A stretch of DNA of 63,708 nt, the filler included, from Octopus bimaculoides (Eukaryota), in the NCBI RefSeq assembly GCF_001194135.2. It is 7 parts of 6 records of this genome, joined end to end, with 100 filler letters (N's around TTAATTAATTAA, not from the genome) between each part and the next. Parts side by side here need not be neighbours in the genome. Positions count along the whole stretch, not along the records: positions 1 to 7,830 come from NC_068989.1; positions 7,931 to 25,573 come from NC_068986.1; 5 more parts are not named here. One strand, written 5' to 3'. Position 1 is the stretch's first letter. Each line of letters starts with the position of its first letter. The position numbers were made by a program, and so were the translations under genes. The notes below the pieces were generated by a model that was given only the letters and a program-made list of their open reading frames with translations, searched no databases and was not told the origin of the DNA. Positions 1 to 11,868 of this stretch are shown one piece after another.

Positions 1-490
1 TATATGAAAGAAGGTTTGAAAATGCAATTTTAAAGTTTAAGGTGTTTATTCACGTCACACACACACACACACAAACACACACAAATACAATATGCCCGTT
101 CCCCAGTAAAAAAAAGATCACACACACATATACACAGAATACAATCCCAACAATCACAACAAATACTCACAAAATCACATACACACGCGCACACACAGAC
201 GCACACATACACACACGCGAACAAACACATACACACACGCAAACAAACACATACACACACATGCGCACACAACACTCTAACAAATATTAATCACACACAT
301 ATACACACACACAAACGTGCACACATATACACACATCATCCTAAAAAATATAAAACACACACAGACCCATATATACACGCCACAATAAACTTTGGGACCA
401 ATGAAAAACGGCCCATACACACAAACACAAACACGTATATACACACACACACATAGAGACGTGCACAGAGACACACACACTCACACCATT
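1..490. repeat. Degenerate (CA)n microsatellite
   Basis: CA-dominated low-complexity sequence; the ORFs here are HT/VC dipeptide repeats. Confidence 0.9.
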
Positions 491-930
491 CTGACCTCTA
501 AGAACAATCCCCAAAACCACTGAACCATGACAGACTAGCCCAGAAACAAAAGATCTTTTTAATTCTACATTGCTCTTCCATCCCCCACCCCAACCTCCCA
601 CACTATCCCTTAAAATAGCAAACATTGCTTAGTTACACACAAGACAGAAGAAATGCCAAAAGACAGGTCGGTTCCTCTCCAATTTTTTGTAAATTCTTAA
701 ATATATCTCCTTCTGAATATATANNNNNNNNNNNNNNNNNNNNNNNNNNNNNNNNNNNNNNNNNNNNNNNNNNNNNNNNNNNNNNNNNNNNNNNNNNNNN
801 NNNNNNNNNNNNNNNNNNNNNNNNNNNNNNNNNNNNNNNNNNNNNNNNNNNNNNNNNNNNNNNNNNNNNNNNNNNNNNNNNNNNNNNNNNNNNNNNNNNN
901 NNNNNNNNNNNNNNNNNNNNNNNNNNNNNN

Positions 931-2232
931 GAGTGGAGTGGTGGGAAGTATCATCGAGGTTAATGTGGGTTGAGATGAGGTGAGGAGGAGAGATGTGGGT
1001 GTTTTTAGTGCATATGGTCCAGGGAGTAAAAGAAATGAGGAAGAAGTAGAGGAGTTCTGGAGGGAACTGACAGGGTGTGCGGATAGAGTGAGCAAAAGTG
1101 GTTATGTGGTAGTGTTGGGTGATTTGAATGCGCGCGTGGGAAATGAGGAAGTAGTAGGACAATATGGCGTCCCTGGTCGGAATGAGAGTGGAAGGTTATT
1201 GGAAATGTGTATGGAGCAGGAGTTGGTGGTGGGGAATAGTCTTTATAAAAAGAGGGAGAAGGATAAGTTCACATGGTGGAGGGTGGGGGAAGAACACTAG
1301 TAGATAGAGCCTTGATGGATTATGTATTAATTGATAAGAGAGTGGGAGGAAGGTTGATGGATGTGCATATAATGAGAAGTGAAGGTGGAGCAGATCACTT
1401 CTTAGTACAGAGTAAGTTGAAGGTATGCTCAAAATGGAATGCTAGACGAGTGACAGGGAGGAGAGAGATTGTGAATGTGAGTGAAAAGGATAGGAGAGAG
1501 AAGGAACAGGAGTATGTAGAGAAACTGAGAGGTGAATATGAACAGTTTAAGAAACGGGAGGTATGAGATGTGGAGGCGGAGTAGGAGGCTTTTAGAGAGG
1601 TAGTAATGAGATGTGCCTTTGGAGTATGCGGTACACGAGTGGTTCGAATGGGTGTAAGGAAAGATAGTGAGTGATGGAATGAGTAGGTAAGGGATGCGGT
1701 GACAGAGAAGAAAAGGGCCTTTGAAGTGTGGTTGCAGAAAAGGGATGGAAAGGCTTATGATCGCTACAGAGAAGTGAAGAGGAGGATAAAGAGGGCGGTG
1801 TAGGTGGCGAAATGGGAGACGAGTGAAAGGTTCGGGAAAAAGTTGAGGGATCATTTTGTAAGAAATAAAAAGATGTTTTGGAAAGAGGTACAGAGGGTAA
1901 GAAAGATGGTTGGAGGAAAGGAAGAAAGGGTGAAGGATGTAAACGGAAATTTGTTGAAAGGAAGTGAGGATGTACAAAGGAGATGGGCAGAGTATTTTAG
2001 TGAGCTGTTAAATGTGGAGGATGTTAGGGAAGGAGGTATAGTGGTTGTAGGAGGCGAGAGGAGAATGCCTGTTGTTGGGTAATGGAACTACGGTGCAACT
2101 GGAAGGGAGGAGGTGAGGGAATCCTTGCACAAGACGGCAACCGGAAGGCGCCAAGTATAGATGGGTGTACAGTGGAATTCCTAAAGATAGAAGTGACAGT
2201 GATTGAATGGTTAGTGAGGCTTATGAATGTTT
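931..2232 (+). mobile_element. Decayed RTE-clade LINE fragment (AP endonuclease C-terminal part, linker, start of RT)
   Basis: Frame-shifted peptides include YVVVLGDLNARVGNEE, RALMDYVLIDK, ADHFLV, QRRWAEYFSELLN and KAPSIDGCTVEFLK, typical of APE-RT ORF2; multiple stops. Confidence 0.85.
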
Positions 2233-2349
2233 GTTATTCATATATCGCATTTCTTCCCCAGAGGACATTTAGATTTGTCTCTGCATGTGCATCCGGGTAG
2301 GCTTGTGTCTTCGGTGGCTTATTGATGTATGTCTTGACATTAGGAGTGG

Positions 2350-2582
2350 GCAAGAAAAAGTAATTATTAATAGCATTACGGATAAATATAAGAAATCTGC
2401 AATAAATACAACTTTATTAACATGGGGGCTAAAATCCTTGCAAATAATTTAATATAGATGAAAGAACTGAATGTCTGGCCAAGATGGAAGCATTCATTTC
2501 ACTAAAGGATCATAAAGAGGACTTTATAATAGACCAAAGTGCAGACTAATTAACCCGGCTAAGACTGAACTAAATTTAGCAA
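2350..2582 (+). mobile_element. Penelope-like element (Naiad-like) RT N-terminal fragment
   Basis: Hand translation across frameshifts: INSITDKYKKS...IDERTECLAKMEAFISLKDHKEDF..NRPKCRLINPAKTEL, matching the AFITLKDHKENF...KCRLINPAKS pattern recalled for Naiad-type PLEs. Confidence 0.7.
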
Positions 2583-2584
2583 GG

Positions 2585-2628
2585 ATGTGGTTGGGAAGCA
2601 AACTTCTTACCACACAGCCACGTCTGCG
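2585..2628 (-). mobile_element. 5' head fragment of SINE family A
   Basis: Reverse complement of the ggcgcagg..gtggctgtgtggtaagaag head seen at 24852, 44256 and 62547. Confidence 0.6.
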
Positions 2629-3619
2629 TGAATAAAGATAAAAAATAAATGTTTTGAGGGACATGGTTAATAGCAATACTGGAGTATGTTTAAACGGAGT
2701 GAGTGTGATTTTGACGCCAAATGTCTAAACTGCCATAATACTTACAACCCTATCCTACTTTAGACTATCCTTGAATGAGAGCTTCAGAATACTCCCACTT
2801 TGTATATCTTAAATATTGATATTTTCATTTGTAATTCTACTAGCTGAGTATCAATGGATTAATCGACAGGTAACTCCGCTTCTAGAAGTTGTCTGACGAG
2901 TTTGGGAGTCGCATAGTGGGTTTATACGTGTAAGTATGCGCCTATATGTGGTGGACAGTAAGGGAAGTTATAGGAGCACATTAATCTTATACCCAGTTAT
3001 ACTTGTTTTTCGTCGTTAATTAGAATATGTAAGTTTACCAATATGTAAGTTTACCAAAATCTTATATGGGAATTATTAGTATGCATTCCAACTATGTTAA
3101 GTAAATTCAACAACCTGTAACATAATACAAGGTACAATGTACAAAATTATAAATTATAAAAAGCAAAATGTAAACTACAACGTGATACCCATTACTCCAG
3201 CGCAATGGTGTTAAACGTTGACTAATTGCCAGCATTTACTAAATACCAATAGATGCCTGTAGTTTTAGTAATGTTCATAATAAAAGTATTTAACCTATTT
3301 CTCTGATTTTATATTTTGTTCTTTTGCTATTACAATCGTTGGTTATTTGTGTAGTTCTAGTTAACCGGTTCACATAGTGGTTAACTCCTTTTATATGAGT
3401 GCGGCCTACTAATACTTCGATTACTACCTAAGTTTCTAAATACTTTATGTGCACAGATTCTTTAAAATCCATACCAGCTTTCTTATTGGTTGGTATTCAG
3501 CGGTTATTTTCCAAATATTCAAGATTCCTACCTTTAGCTCTCCCCTTGGACCCTACCTGGTATATTAGTGGGGTTTTTTCAGTTATCTAGTATACTGCAA
3601 TTATTGTTAGGATCGCCCT

Positions 3620-4290
3620 TCTTATATCTATTCATTTATTCTATCGTTGTTATTTTCCCTACACCCCGCCTTTTTTAGTGCTAAATTATAAAAAGTCCTC
3701 GTTTAGTTTGAAAACTTCTTCATTCGGTGACAGGTTAGAAATACGAGCAGATATATTCTCTACTATTGACTGGGTTATACATCTAGGGTGATTACTATTT
3801 ATATTTATGCTTCTCAGTTTCGTATTTGGCTTGTGATAAGGCGTATATATCTCTGCACTTAGATCTAAAGTAACGTCAAGAAAGCTGACTGAATTATATT
3901 TCTCCTCTCGTGATATGGATAGTCATAGGTTCTTACAAATAGTTTTTACTTCTTCCTATACCTATCTATCTCTAGGTTTGAGGGCGAAAAGTGTATTATC
4001 ACTGTATGGAACGCCTCCTATTTCGGAAAATTCCCTGTTTAGGCTAAATAGTTTATAGCTTCCTACCAGGTCCGTAACTTGTGCAGAGTCTGTTGATCCC
4101 ATGGTAATATCGAACATCACCGGTCTATCCTTTCTAACCCCGTACTTATCCTCTAATTTGATCATTTATTTTCTAGCCACTAAAATAATATCTATTTCTT
4201 CTCTAGTTACTTCTGAATTATTCATAGCAAAGATGACTGCCTGGTTTAGGAGGATAGAGTTAACAGAGGCGCAATACTTACTCTTTACGT
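3620..4290 (-). mobile_element. Decayed Naiad-like Penelope-like element, RT core and thumb
   Basis: Minus-strand translation: EEIDIILVARK*...MFDITMGSTDSAQVTDLVGSY...YSDNTL then VSFLDVTLDLS...PYHKPN...NSNHPRCI...RISNLSPNEEVF; may extend left toward about 2640. Confidence 0.8.
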
Positions 4291-4440
4291 TCTGAGTTCA
4301 AATTCCGCCGAGGTCAATTTTGCCTTTCATCCTTTTGGTATCGATAAATTATGTACCAGTGAAACACTAGGGTCGATGTAGTCGACTAGTCCTCTCCTCC
4401 AAAATTTCAGGATTTGTGTTTTTAGTAGAAAATATTATTT
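4288..4440 (+). mobile_element. 5'-truncated SINE family C copy
   Basis: gttctgagttcaaattccgccgaggtc...gcctttcatcc...gtaccag core shared with 4455, 9988, 19563, 21670 and 25285 copies. Confidence 0.75.
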
Positions 4441-4454
4441 GCAGATGCCTTTAA

Positions 4455-4678
4455 AAGCAGCGAGCTGGCAGAATCATTAGCAATCCGGATAAAATTCTTA
4501 TAGTGGCATGTCGTCCACCTTTACGTTCTAAGTTTAAATTTCGCCGAGGTCGTCTTTGCCTTTCACCTTTTCGTATTCGATAAAATAAAGTACCAGTTGG
4601 ACACTGGAATCGATGTAAAAGACTAGTCTCTCCCCAGAAAATTTCAGACAATATGCCTATAGTAGAAAGGATTATTTA
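4455..4678 (+). mobile_element. SINE family C copy (tRNA-derived)
   Basis: gcgagctggcagaatc head, gcctttca..tcgataaaataaagtaccag core, agtagaaaggattatt tail; tandem with the preceding copy. Confidence 0.75.
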
Positions 4679-4797
4679 TAGATTGCTTTTTTAACATGCA
4701 TTTTGGTTTGTTTGTTCTTGATGTTTTCCAGCTGAAGTCCCTCTCCTCTTCTTTATTACAAACATTAACTCAATGATATATCTTTGTATGTTTACAG

Positions 4798-4943
4798 GAT
4801 ATCTGTTGTGTTTCGAGTCCGTTCAGCTCAAAGAATAAAGATATCAGACGCAGATTTAATAAAAAGGCTGGTTATCATAGTTTTGATATTTGCAGCTTTT
4901 CTTTCTGGGCGGACAATAGCTGGACGTCCGAGAGTTGTAAAAG
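4798..4943 (+). CDS. Internal exon of a GPR158/GPR179/CG31760-like class C GPCR (ICL2-TM4 region)
   Basis: Acceptor tttacag|G at 4796-4797 and donor G|gtaagt at 4944. Peptide RISVVFRVRSAQRIKISDADLIKRLVIIVLIFAAFLSGRTIAGRPRVVKG resembles GPR158 RVLKVFLSRTAQRI and, from memory, fly CG31760 RISVIFRVRSA. Confidence 0.75.
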
Positions 4944-5170
4944 GTAAGTTTGATAATCTTACTAAAACATACCAAGAAGCAAATGAGATCCTAAAAAAAC
5001 TTATTTAAAACAAAAAAAATAAATATTAATGAATATCATCCTAGATGCACTCATTGCCTCTGAAAGTAAAAATAAATACGACACAAATAAGATGTTAGAC
5101 TGTTTACATTTATTTACACGTAGTTGTTCATTTAGCTATTTAGCTTCTAAATTTGCAGGTGAATTTGTCG

Positions 5171-5232
5171 GCGGGTAGTTTAGCTTAATGGTAAAGCACT
5201 CAGCCGGAGTCTTGGGTTCGAGTCCTATGACT
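5171..5232 (+). other. tRNA-like Pol III unit (SINE head or tRNA pseudogene)
   Basis: A box TAGCTTAATGG at 5181-5191, B box GGTTCGAGTCC at 5215-5225; no complete cloverleaf. Confidence 0.55.
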
Positions 5233-5559
5233 GTTGACAATTTTTTCCGCCTTGTAAGGGTAATTTACCCAGTATTTCTGTGTTCTAATGACAATTCTGC
5301 GTTCGAAAAAAATCATCTTATTTGTATCGTACAATACACATTTCGATGCTAATAAAAAATGCTAATCTGTTTATATTTATATAAAAGCAAATGTTAAGAG
5401 TTGAAAGATTTTGGCCATATATCTTTTGGTCATGACTGAAAATATATGATTAAACAACTTATTAACTGAATCAGACAAAATTCCTTCCTGGATAGGATGT
5501 CAGAGCAGGTAACCTCGCAAAAGATGCCTAACGTCTTCTAAAGCTTTTCAATCAAATAT

Positions 5560-5790
5560 TCTTGTCCACAGACAAAAAGAAGTCAAGAGAGCTACGAATG
5601 AGATTCTACATGATCGCGCAGCCTGCGATATATCTTCTAAATCTCTTTCAAATTCTACGAAACTCTTTCTAATAAGGAAGACTGCATTACACACTGTAGA
5701 TTTTTCTAAAAGCAGGATCGTCATAGCTGGAATGCCTTTGCTCATGGCTCTGGTCTAAAATGGTTAATCGTCGGTCAAACAACAACAGCA
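5560..5790 (+). repeat. Dispersed repeat family F, degenerate copy
   Basis: Loose by-eye similarity to 21300-21480, 24360-24570 (inverted) and 63490-63560; ends in aaacaacaac. Confidence 0.45.
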
Positions 5791-7010
5791 ATCGCAATTG
5801 AAACACCTCCAACTCAAACTCGTACAAATTTACAACCATGAACTGTTAACTTAATTCATTGTTTGTTCAGTTAAAGGTTTCATATAATCAAACATGTCTA
5901 ATTNNNNNNNNNNNNNNNNNNNNNNNNNNNNNNNNNNNNNNNNNNNNNNNNNNNNNNNNNNNNNNNNNNNNNNNNNNNNNNNNNNNNNNNNNNNNNNNNN
6001 NNNNNNNNNNNNNNNNNNNNNNNNNNNNNNNNNNNNNNNNNNNNNNNNNNNNNNNNNNNNNNNNNNNNNNNNNNNNNNNNNNNNNNNNNNGGAAATAAAA
6101 CATAATTCGAATAAGATTCCAGTCGCCAAATGAAAATCATCTTTTAGTGTTATAAAATGAATGCACTCTACACAAGAAGCAAAATTACTGTCAAAACAGA
6201 AGAGACTTCACAGCTCCAAAGTTTTTCTGTTTTGCTTTGTTTGTTTTGGGGTTTTTGTTGTTGTTGTTGTTTTATTCTTTGTAACTGTTGAATTTAATCT
6301 TTCACCTACAAAGGTTTCTGTAAGATATGAACCCTTTGAGAAACACGTAAAGAAATTCAGGAAGACCGGAAAATAGTATCGCATTTATTTATGAAGATCC
6401 AGTAACAGAATTTCGAACAAAGCAGGGTATGACTTTATCCATGATAAATGAAGCAGAAAATAAAGGAAAATATAGTATATGCGTCTGGGTGGGGATGTAT
6501 ATGCATATATGTATATGTGCACATATATATGCGTATCTATGTGCGTATATATAAATATATAAACATATATATATATATATANNNNNNNNNNNNNNNNNNN
6601 NNNNNNNNNNNNNNNNNNNNNNNNNNNNNNNNNNNNNNNNNNNNNNNNNNNNNNNNNNNNNNNNNNNNNNNNNNNNNNNNNNNNNNNNNNNNNNNNNNNN
6701 NNNNNNNNNNNNNNNNNNNNNNNNNNNNNNNNNNNNNNNNNNNNNNNNNNNNNNNNNNNNNNNNNNNNNNNNNNNNNNNNNNNNNNNNNNNNNNNNNNNN
6801 NNNNNNNNNNNNNNNNNNNNNNNNNNNNNNNNNNNNNNNNNNNNNNNNNNNNNNNNNNNNNNNNNNNNNNNNNNNNNNNNNNNNNNNNNNNNNNNNNNNN
6901 NNNNNNNNNNNNNNNNNNNNNNNNNNNNNNNNNNNNNNNNNNNNNNNNNNNNNNNNNNNNNNNNNNNNNNNNNNNNNNNNNNNNNNNNNNNNNNNNNNNN
7001 NNNNNNNNNN

Positions 7011-7051
<41 letters not shown>

Positions 7052-7796
7052 AATATGAGTTCAAAAAGAACAATTCAAACTTTTGGGGGGATCCAAAAAG
7101 AGAGAAAAAGTGATATCTAATAAAGATTCATCATATTTATAAAAATCAGACAGAGCAAGTAATAAGAATATGAAAATAATATTTGAGAAGTTTCGTTGTA
7201 GGTATAAAGATATATCATAAACAAGTATAAAAAATGGAGAAAAAATGTAGAATCAGAAATAGATTTATTACAAAATTGGATTCAATGCATACGTACAATG
7301 CAAATGCGTAAGAAAAAAATTTAATCATAGTAATTATAATTAAAATTATGCATTGTCATTCTCCTCAGTGTGAGGAATTTCTTGAAGAACATCAAGAAAG
7401 TTTAATAAGATGAAATTGGATAAAATAAAATTAAAATTAAAATAAAATAAGATACAATAAGAGAACACAGATGTAGCAGTAAGGGAAAATCGGATAATTT
7501 ACAAACCAAGTTGTGAAAGAGAAAAATTATGATAACAACAATAATAATATTAGTGAGAGAGACGATAAAGAAAAAGAAAAAGAAAGACATATCAATGTGT
7601 ATGCAAGTTTATATGTGCAGTAAAACTATAACATAAGAATCTAACGGATATATTTTTTTAAATAGTATCAGGAGGAGTCGAAATACCATGTGAGCAAGGC
7701 CACGTGTGCCTAGTAGAGTACAACGTAACAATTTTACTAGCAGAAAAAAGCCATAGAGAGTTATACGCATACATAATAATATTGAAAAAAGAAGAA

Positions 7797-7830
<34 letters not shown>

Positions 7831-7874
7831 NNNNNNNNNNNNNNNNNNNNNNNNNNNNNNNNNNNNNNNNNNNN

Positions 7875-7886
7875 TTAATTAATTAA
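7875..7886. other. Artificial six-frame-stop spacer in assembly gap
   Basis: TTAATTAATTAA flanked by 44 N on each side; same construct at 25618, 34746, 51268, 54009 and 60359. Confidence 0.9.
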
Positions 7887-8199
7887 NNNNNNNNNNNNNN
7901 NNNNNNNNNNNNNNNNNNNNNNNNNNNNNNACTATGTGATCTCAAATTTTAAAGCAAAAACATAATTTTCTTATGGTTTCTTAAACATTCACTTGAACAA
8001 AACTGTACAAATCCAAATATATGGTACCCTAGGCATAACACCTACATGAACTTCTAACTTGTTGTCTCTTGAGGTCTCTGGGTGAGACTTGGATCCAACT
8101 TGTACAAATGCAAAACAAAAGTCAAACATAAAATAAAAATAATAATAATAATAATAATGACAAGAAGAAGAAGAAGAAGAAGTTAGAGTGGTTGTGAAG

Positions 8200-9780
8200 T
8201 GAGCTGTAGATGTGGTTTTTGTGTTTGTACTTGTTTTTGTTGTTCTTAGATTGGGTCTCTGTACCCTCCAACTTTTCCGCTTTTCTCGTTTGGGGAATAT
8301 TTCCCATCTTTCGGCCAGATGTTTCTTTTCTAAATCTTTGTCCAAAGAATCGGTGTGAGATGGTGAAGCCTAGTCGAAAGAACTATGTGTTGTTGGTTTG
8401 GGGAGCAGAGCGGTTGGGAAGAGCTTCTTTTTACGTGGGAACAGGGAGCAACCTGTTTCGTTGCCGAGGTTTTGGTGTAGAAGTCCTCAGCTACTCATGG
8501 TGTTGTAGATGTGTTTGTAGAGTTGCCAACAGGGGTGGTTTTGGTTTCTTTATGAGGGCAGATATCCTTTTGATCAGTTATACTTCCACAAGTGTAACAT
8601 TTGGCCTTTCTGTCTTCCACTATAACTTCTGTGGGCTCCACACCCGGACAACCGACCCATTTTATTTTGGGATGGATTTCTAACTTAGAATATCTATTTT
8701 CATCCAATATCATCCTGAAATATTGGATGTTAAGTACCAGAGGCACATTTGTAAATGTAACCTTATTCACTCGTCTCTCCAGATAAAATGGGCTGAAAAT
8801 GTTTTCATCTGAGGAGTCAGTGTGCAAGGCCATGATTTTCGCTGCCTCTTCGCTATAACATTTAGCTCCGAGAGATACAAAATCTCTTGCTCTCCTAATG
8901 TGCCAAATCGAACCCCAGGCATCTTTCAGGCATTTTTTCTGCTTGTGCAGGTGTCGGATTTTCGATCGACCTGGTATTCCTATTAAGACAAGACAGATCA
9001 CAGTTTTTTGTGTGATCTAAATCTTTTTCACATGGTGGTAGAACGAGACGATTAGGTTTTATCTGCCATTTCCGGATATTTTATCAAAGTCAATGTCAAA
9101 AGAATGTTCTCTTCTCCCCATCTCTTTAATAATTTTAGCTAAAGATGAGCTGGATCTGTTGTTGTTATTGTTGTTCGTTGTGGAAGATGTGGCTTCGTTT
9201 TCTTTAAAAAGATTTTCCTTTTTGTGTCTGTCTTCAAATATGTTGGTATTGATGTTTCTGCTACTGTTGTTGTTGTTGGCTTTGATACTTTTCATTGTCT
9301 GTTCTATTTCATGTTGGGTATTGTCGTTGATGAAATTGGTTATAACAATTTCTTTGTTGAAATTTTCACTTTTGTGTTGTGTTTATTTTCAACATTATTT
9401 TTGTCGAAGGTTGCCTTGTCGTCTATTTGCAATGCAGTCTCGTATCGCGCTCCACTCACTCCCTCTTTTACTGCATTCTGAAGAAACTCTTCACTCCTCC
9501 CCCCCACTACCACCACTCCTGTCGCAAACGAGTCTCTGTACATTGATTGTTGTTTTCTCCATGGATAGAGAAACAGAAAATTTTCATAATAGATACGAAA
9601 GTAAATCGAGATACTCCTCCAAGATTAAGGGGCAACACATGAAAAATAACAACAACAACAACAAAAACAAAAACTCACCGGTTGGCAGAAAATAACTCTT
9701 TTTTCATGATGGTATAAGTTCCAAAATCGGATGCAACAATTATCTGTGGTTTTATTTACAAAAATTACAAAGCGAGGTCA
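8200..9780 (-). mobile_element. Decayed Tx1/L1-like LINE ORF1 (gag-like)
   Basis: FVSLGAKCYSEEAAKIM...SPFYLERRVNKVTFTNVP aligns by eye with FATIEVRLDSEQRAKDL...IPTYLGRRVTKIKISNVS of the 49265 ORF; knuckle CYTCGSITDQKDIC (CX2CX4[H>D]X4C). Confidence 0.7.
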
Positions 9781-9802
9781 AGTGCGGACACCAATGGTAT
9801 TA

Positions 9803-9824
9803 ATAGCAGCAGCAGCAGCAGCAA

Positions 9825-9883
<59 letters not shown>

Positions 9884-9939
9884 ATAGTAGTAGTAGTAGT
9901 AGTAGTAGCAGAAGCAGCAGCAGCAGCAGCAGTAGTGGT

Positions 9940-9983
<44 letters not shown>

Positions 9984-9987
9984 TAGT
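9803..9987. repeat. Compound (AGC)n/(AGT)n microsatellite
   Basis: Directly visible. Confidence 0.95.
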
Positions 9988-10089
9988 CTTTCTACTGTAG
10001 GCACAAGGCCTGAAATTTGGAGAAGAGGGGTAGTTTATCACATATCCCAGTGTTTCACTGGTACTTATTTTATCGACCCCGAAAGGATG
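9988..10089 (-). mobile_element. SINE family C, 3' half
   Basis: ggtacttattttatcgaccccgaaaggatga is the reverse complement of the family C core. Confidence 0.75.
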
Positions 10090-10848
10090 ACAGACAGAGA
10101 AAAAAGATGGCTGTGGATGACTAAAAGTGATTTAAAACTGGAAATGGAGGCTCTAATCTGTGCTGCCCAAGAGGAAGCACCAAGAACAAATTACATAAAA
10201 TACAGAATAGACAACACAGCAGAAAGTGATAAGTGCAGAATCTGTGGACAAAATGGTGAAACCATATGGCATATTACCAGCCAATGTAAGCCAGTAGCCC
10301 AGAAGGAATATAAGAGATGCCACGACAATATAAAAAGGTTTGTCCATTGGACACTTTGCAACAAGTATGGACTTGACAGAGCAAAAAATTAGTACGACCA
10401 CAAACCCGAAGGCATCATCGAAAATCCCGTGGGATTTTATGATTCAGTGCGACCATGAGATAGAGAATAGGAAGCCAGGCAGAGTCTTAATTGCTGGATC
10501 ATAGATATAGCATGCCCATCTGACATCAAGATATACGATAGAGAAGAAAGGAAAGTTGATAGGTATGACAGGTTAGCATGGGAGGTTAAGCAGTTGTGGT
10601 CGCTGAAAAAGGTGGTAGTAGTACCAATAATTGTCGGAGCCCTGGGAACAGTGAGTAAACATCTTGAGAAGTACATGGAACAAATAGGGGCTGCAATAAG
10701 GGTGGAGCATTTGCAAAAAAACAGCACTACTTGGAACCGCTCGAATCCTCCGGAAGATGCTCGAAAAATAAGGGGTGTTACCTTAGTTCCCTGGTACTGC
10801 ACAGCTGACGCCGTAGTATATCTCCAGCTTTAGAAGCTGTGCAAAGGC
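10090..10848 (+). mobile_element. Dong/R4-clade non-LTR retrotransposon 3' end (CCHC knuckle plus restriction-like endonuclease)
   Basis: LICAAQEEAPRTNY...CRICGQNGETIWHITSQC...NRKP[G]...IIDIACPSD...RKVDRY...VVPIIVGALGTV; followed by a short 3' UTR and (AAT)n. Confidence 0.8.
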
Positions 10849-10911
<63 letters not shown>

Positions 10912-10980
10912 TTATAATAATAATAATTATAATAATAATAATAATAATATGCACTGCTCTCTCACTCAATAATAATAATA
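10849..10980. repeat. (AAT)n tract at the 3' end of the Dong/R4 element
   Basis: Directly visible. Confidence 0.95.
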
Positions 10981-11429
10981 ACTGTATATTTACGGAAGAA
11001 AATTGTCATATTTTTAATAATTTCAATAGTCACTATTTAGAAAGAAAGAAAATTGTCATCAGTGCGCATGCGTAAGAACATTCATAGATCAAATTTCTAG
11101 CTCACCACTTTTAGACGGCGTCTAATTGATACATATTTAAGTGTGTAAGACGTATCAGTTAGAACATGAATATGCAGAAGACTTTTAAAATAGAAGTTTT
11201 ACTGCCATAAATCTCTTTGCTACACCGTGGATATGTGAGTATACGTGTACATGTGTGTCTATGACTGATTATACTTTCTTTCAACATGTCTCTTACTTTT
11301 CCAGTGTAATGAGCTTACATGGTTGTGTATATGAGAATGTCGGTTCGGAGACTTTGAGGTCTCAGAACACATATATTTCTATGTTTATAAGCATATGTTT
11401 TACGACTTAATGCTTATTTACCCAAGGTG

Positions 11430-11753
11430 ACGTTTATGACTATATACAGACATGCCAGCAAACATACACAGAGAAAGACGCAGATACACGTACACACGCA
11501 CACACACGCACACACACGCACGCATGCACACACACACACACACACATACATACACACACACACTCACACACGCACACACACTCATACACACGCACATATA
11601 GATAGATACATATATACACATTCATATATATATATATATATATATATATACACGCACATGCATTTATACACACACATACACACACACAGACATATATATA
11701 TATATATGCGCATGTATGTTTGTATGTATATACATATACATCAACACACACAC

Positions 11754-11817
<64 letters not shown>

Positions 11818-11865
11818 ATATATATGTATATGCACACATGTATATCATATATGTACATGTTATAT
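11430..11865. repeat. Compound (CA)n/(TA)n microsatellite
   Basis: Directly visible. Confidence 0.9.
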
Positions 11866-11868
11866 GTA

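Noticed and set aside
2893-2960. CTGACGA near the end of the Naiad-like element
   Set aside because: No GAAA or paired stem II follows
5548-5745. 65-aa minus-strand ORF with an apparent acceptor
   Set aside because: Overlaps a degenerate dispersed repeat; no recognisable domain
11000-11062. Minus-strand CTGATGA..GAAA
   Set aside because: No stem I partner and no NUH triplet in position
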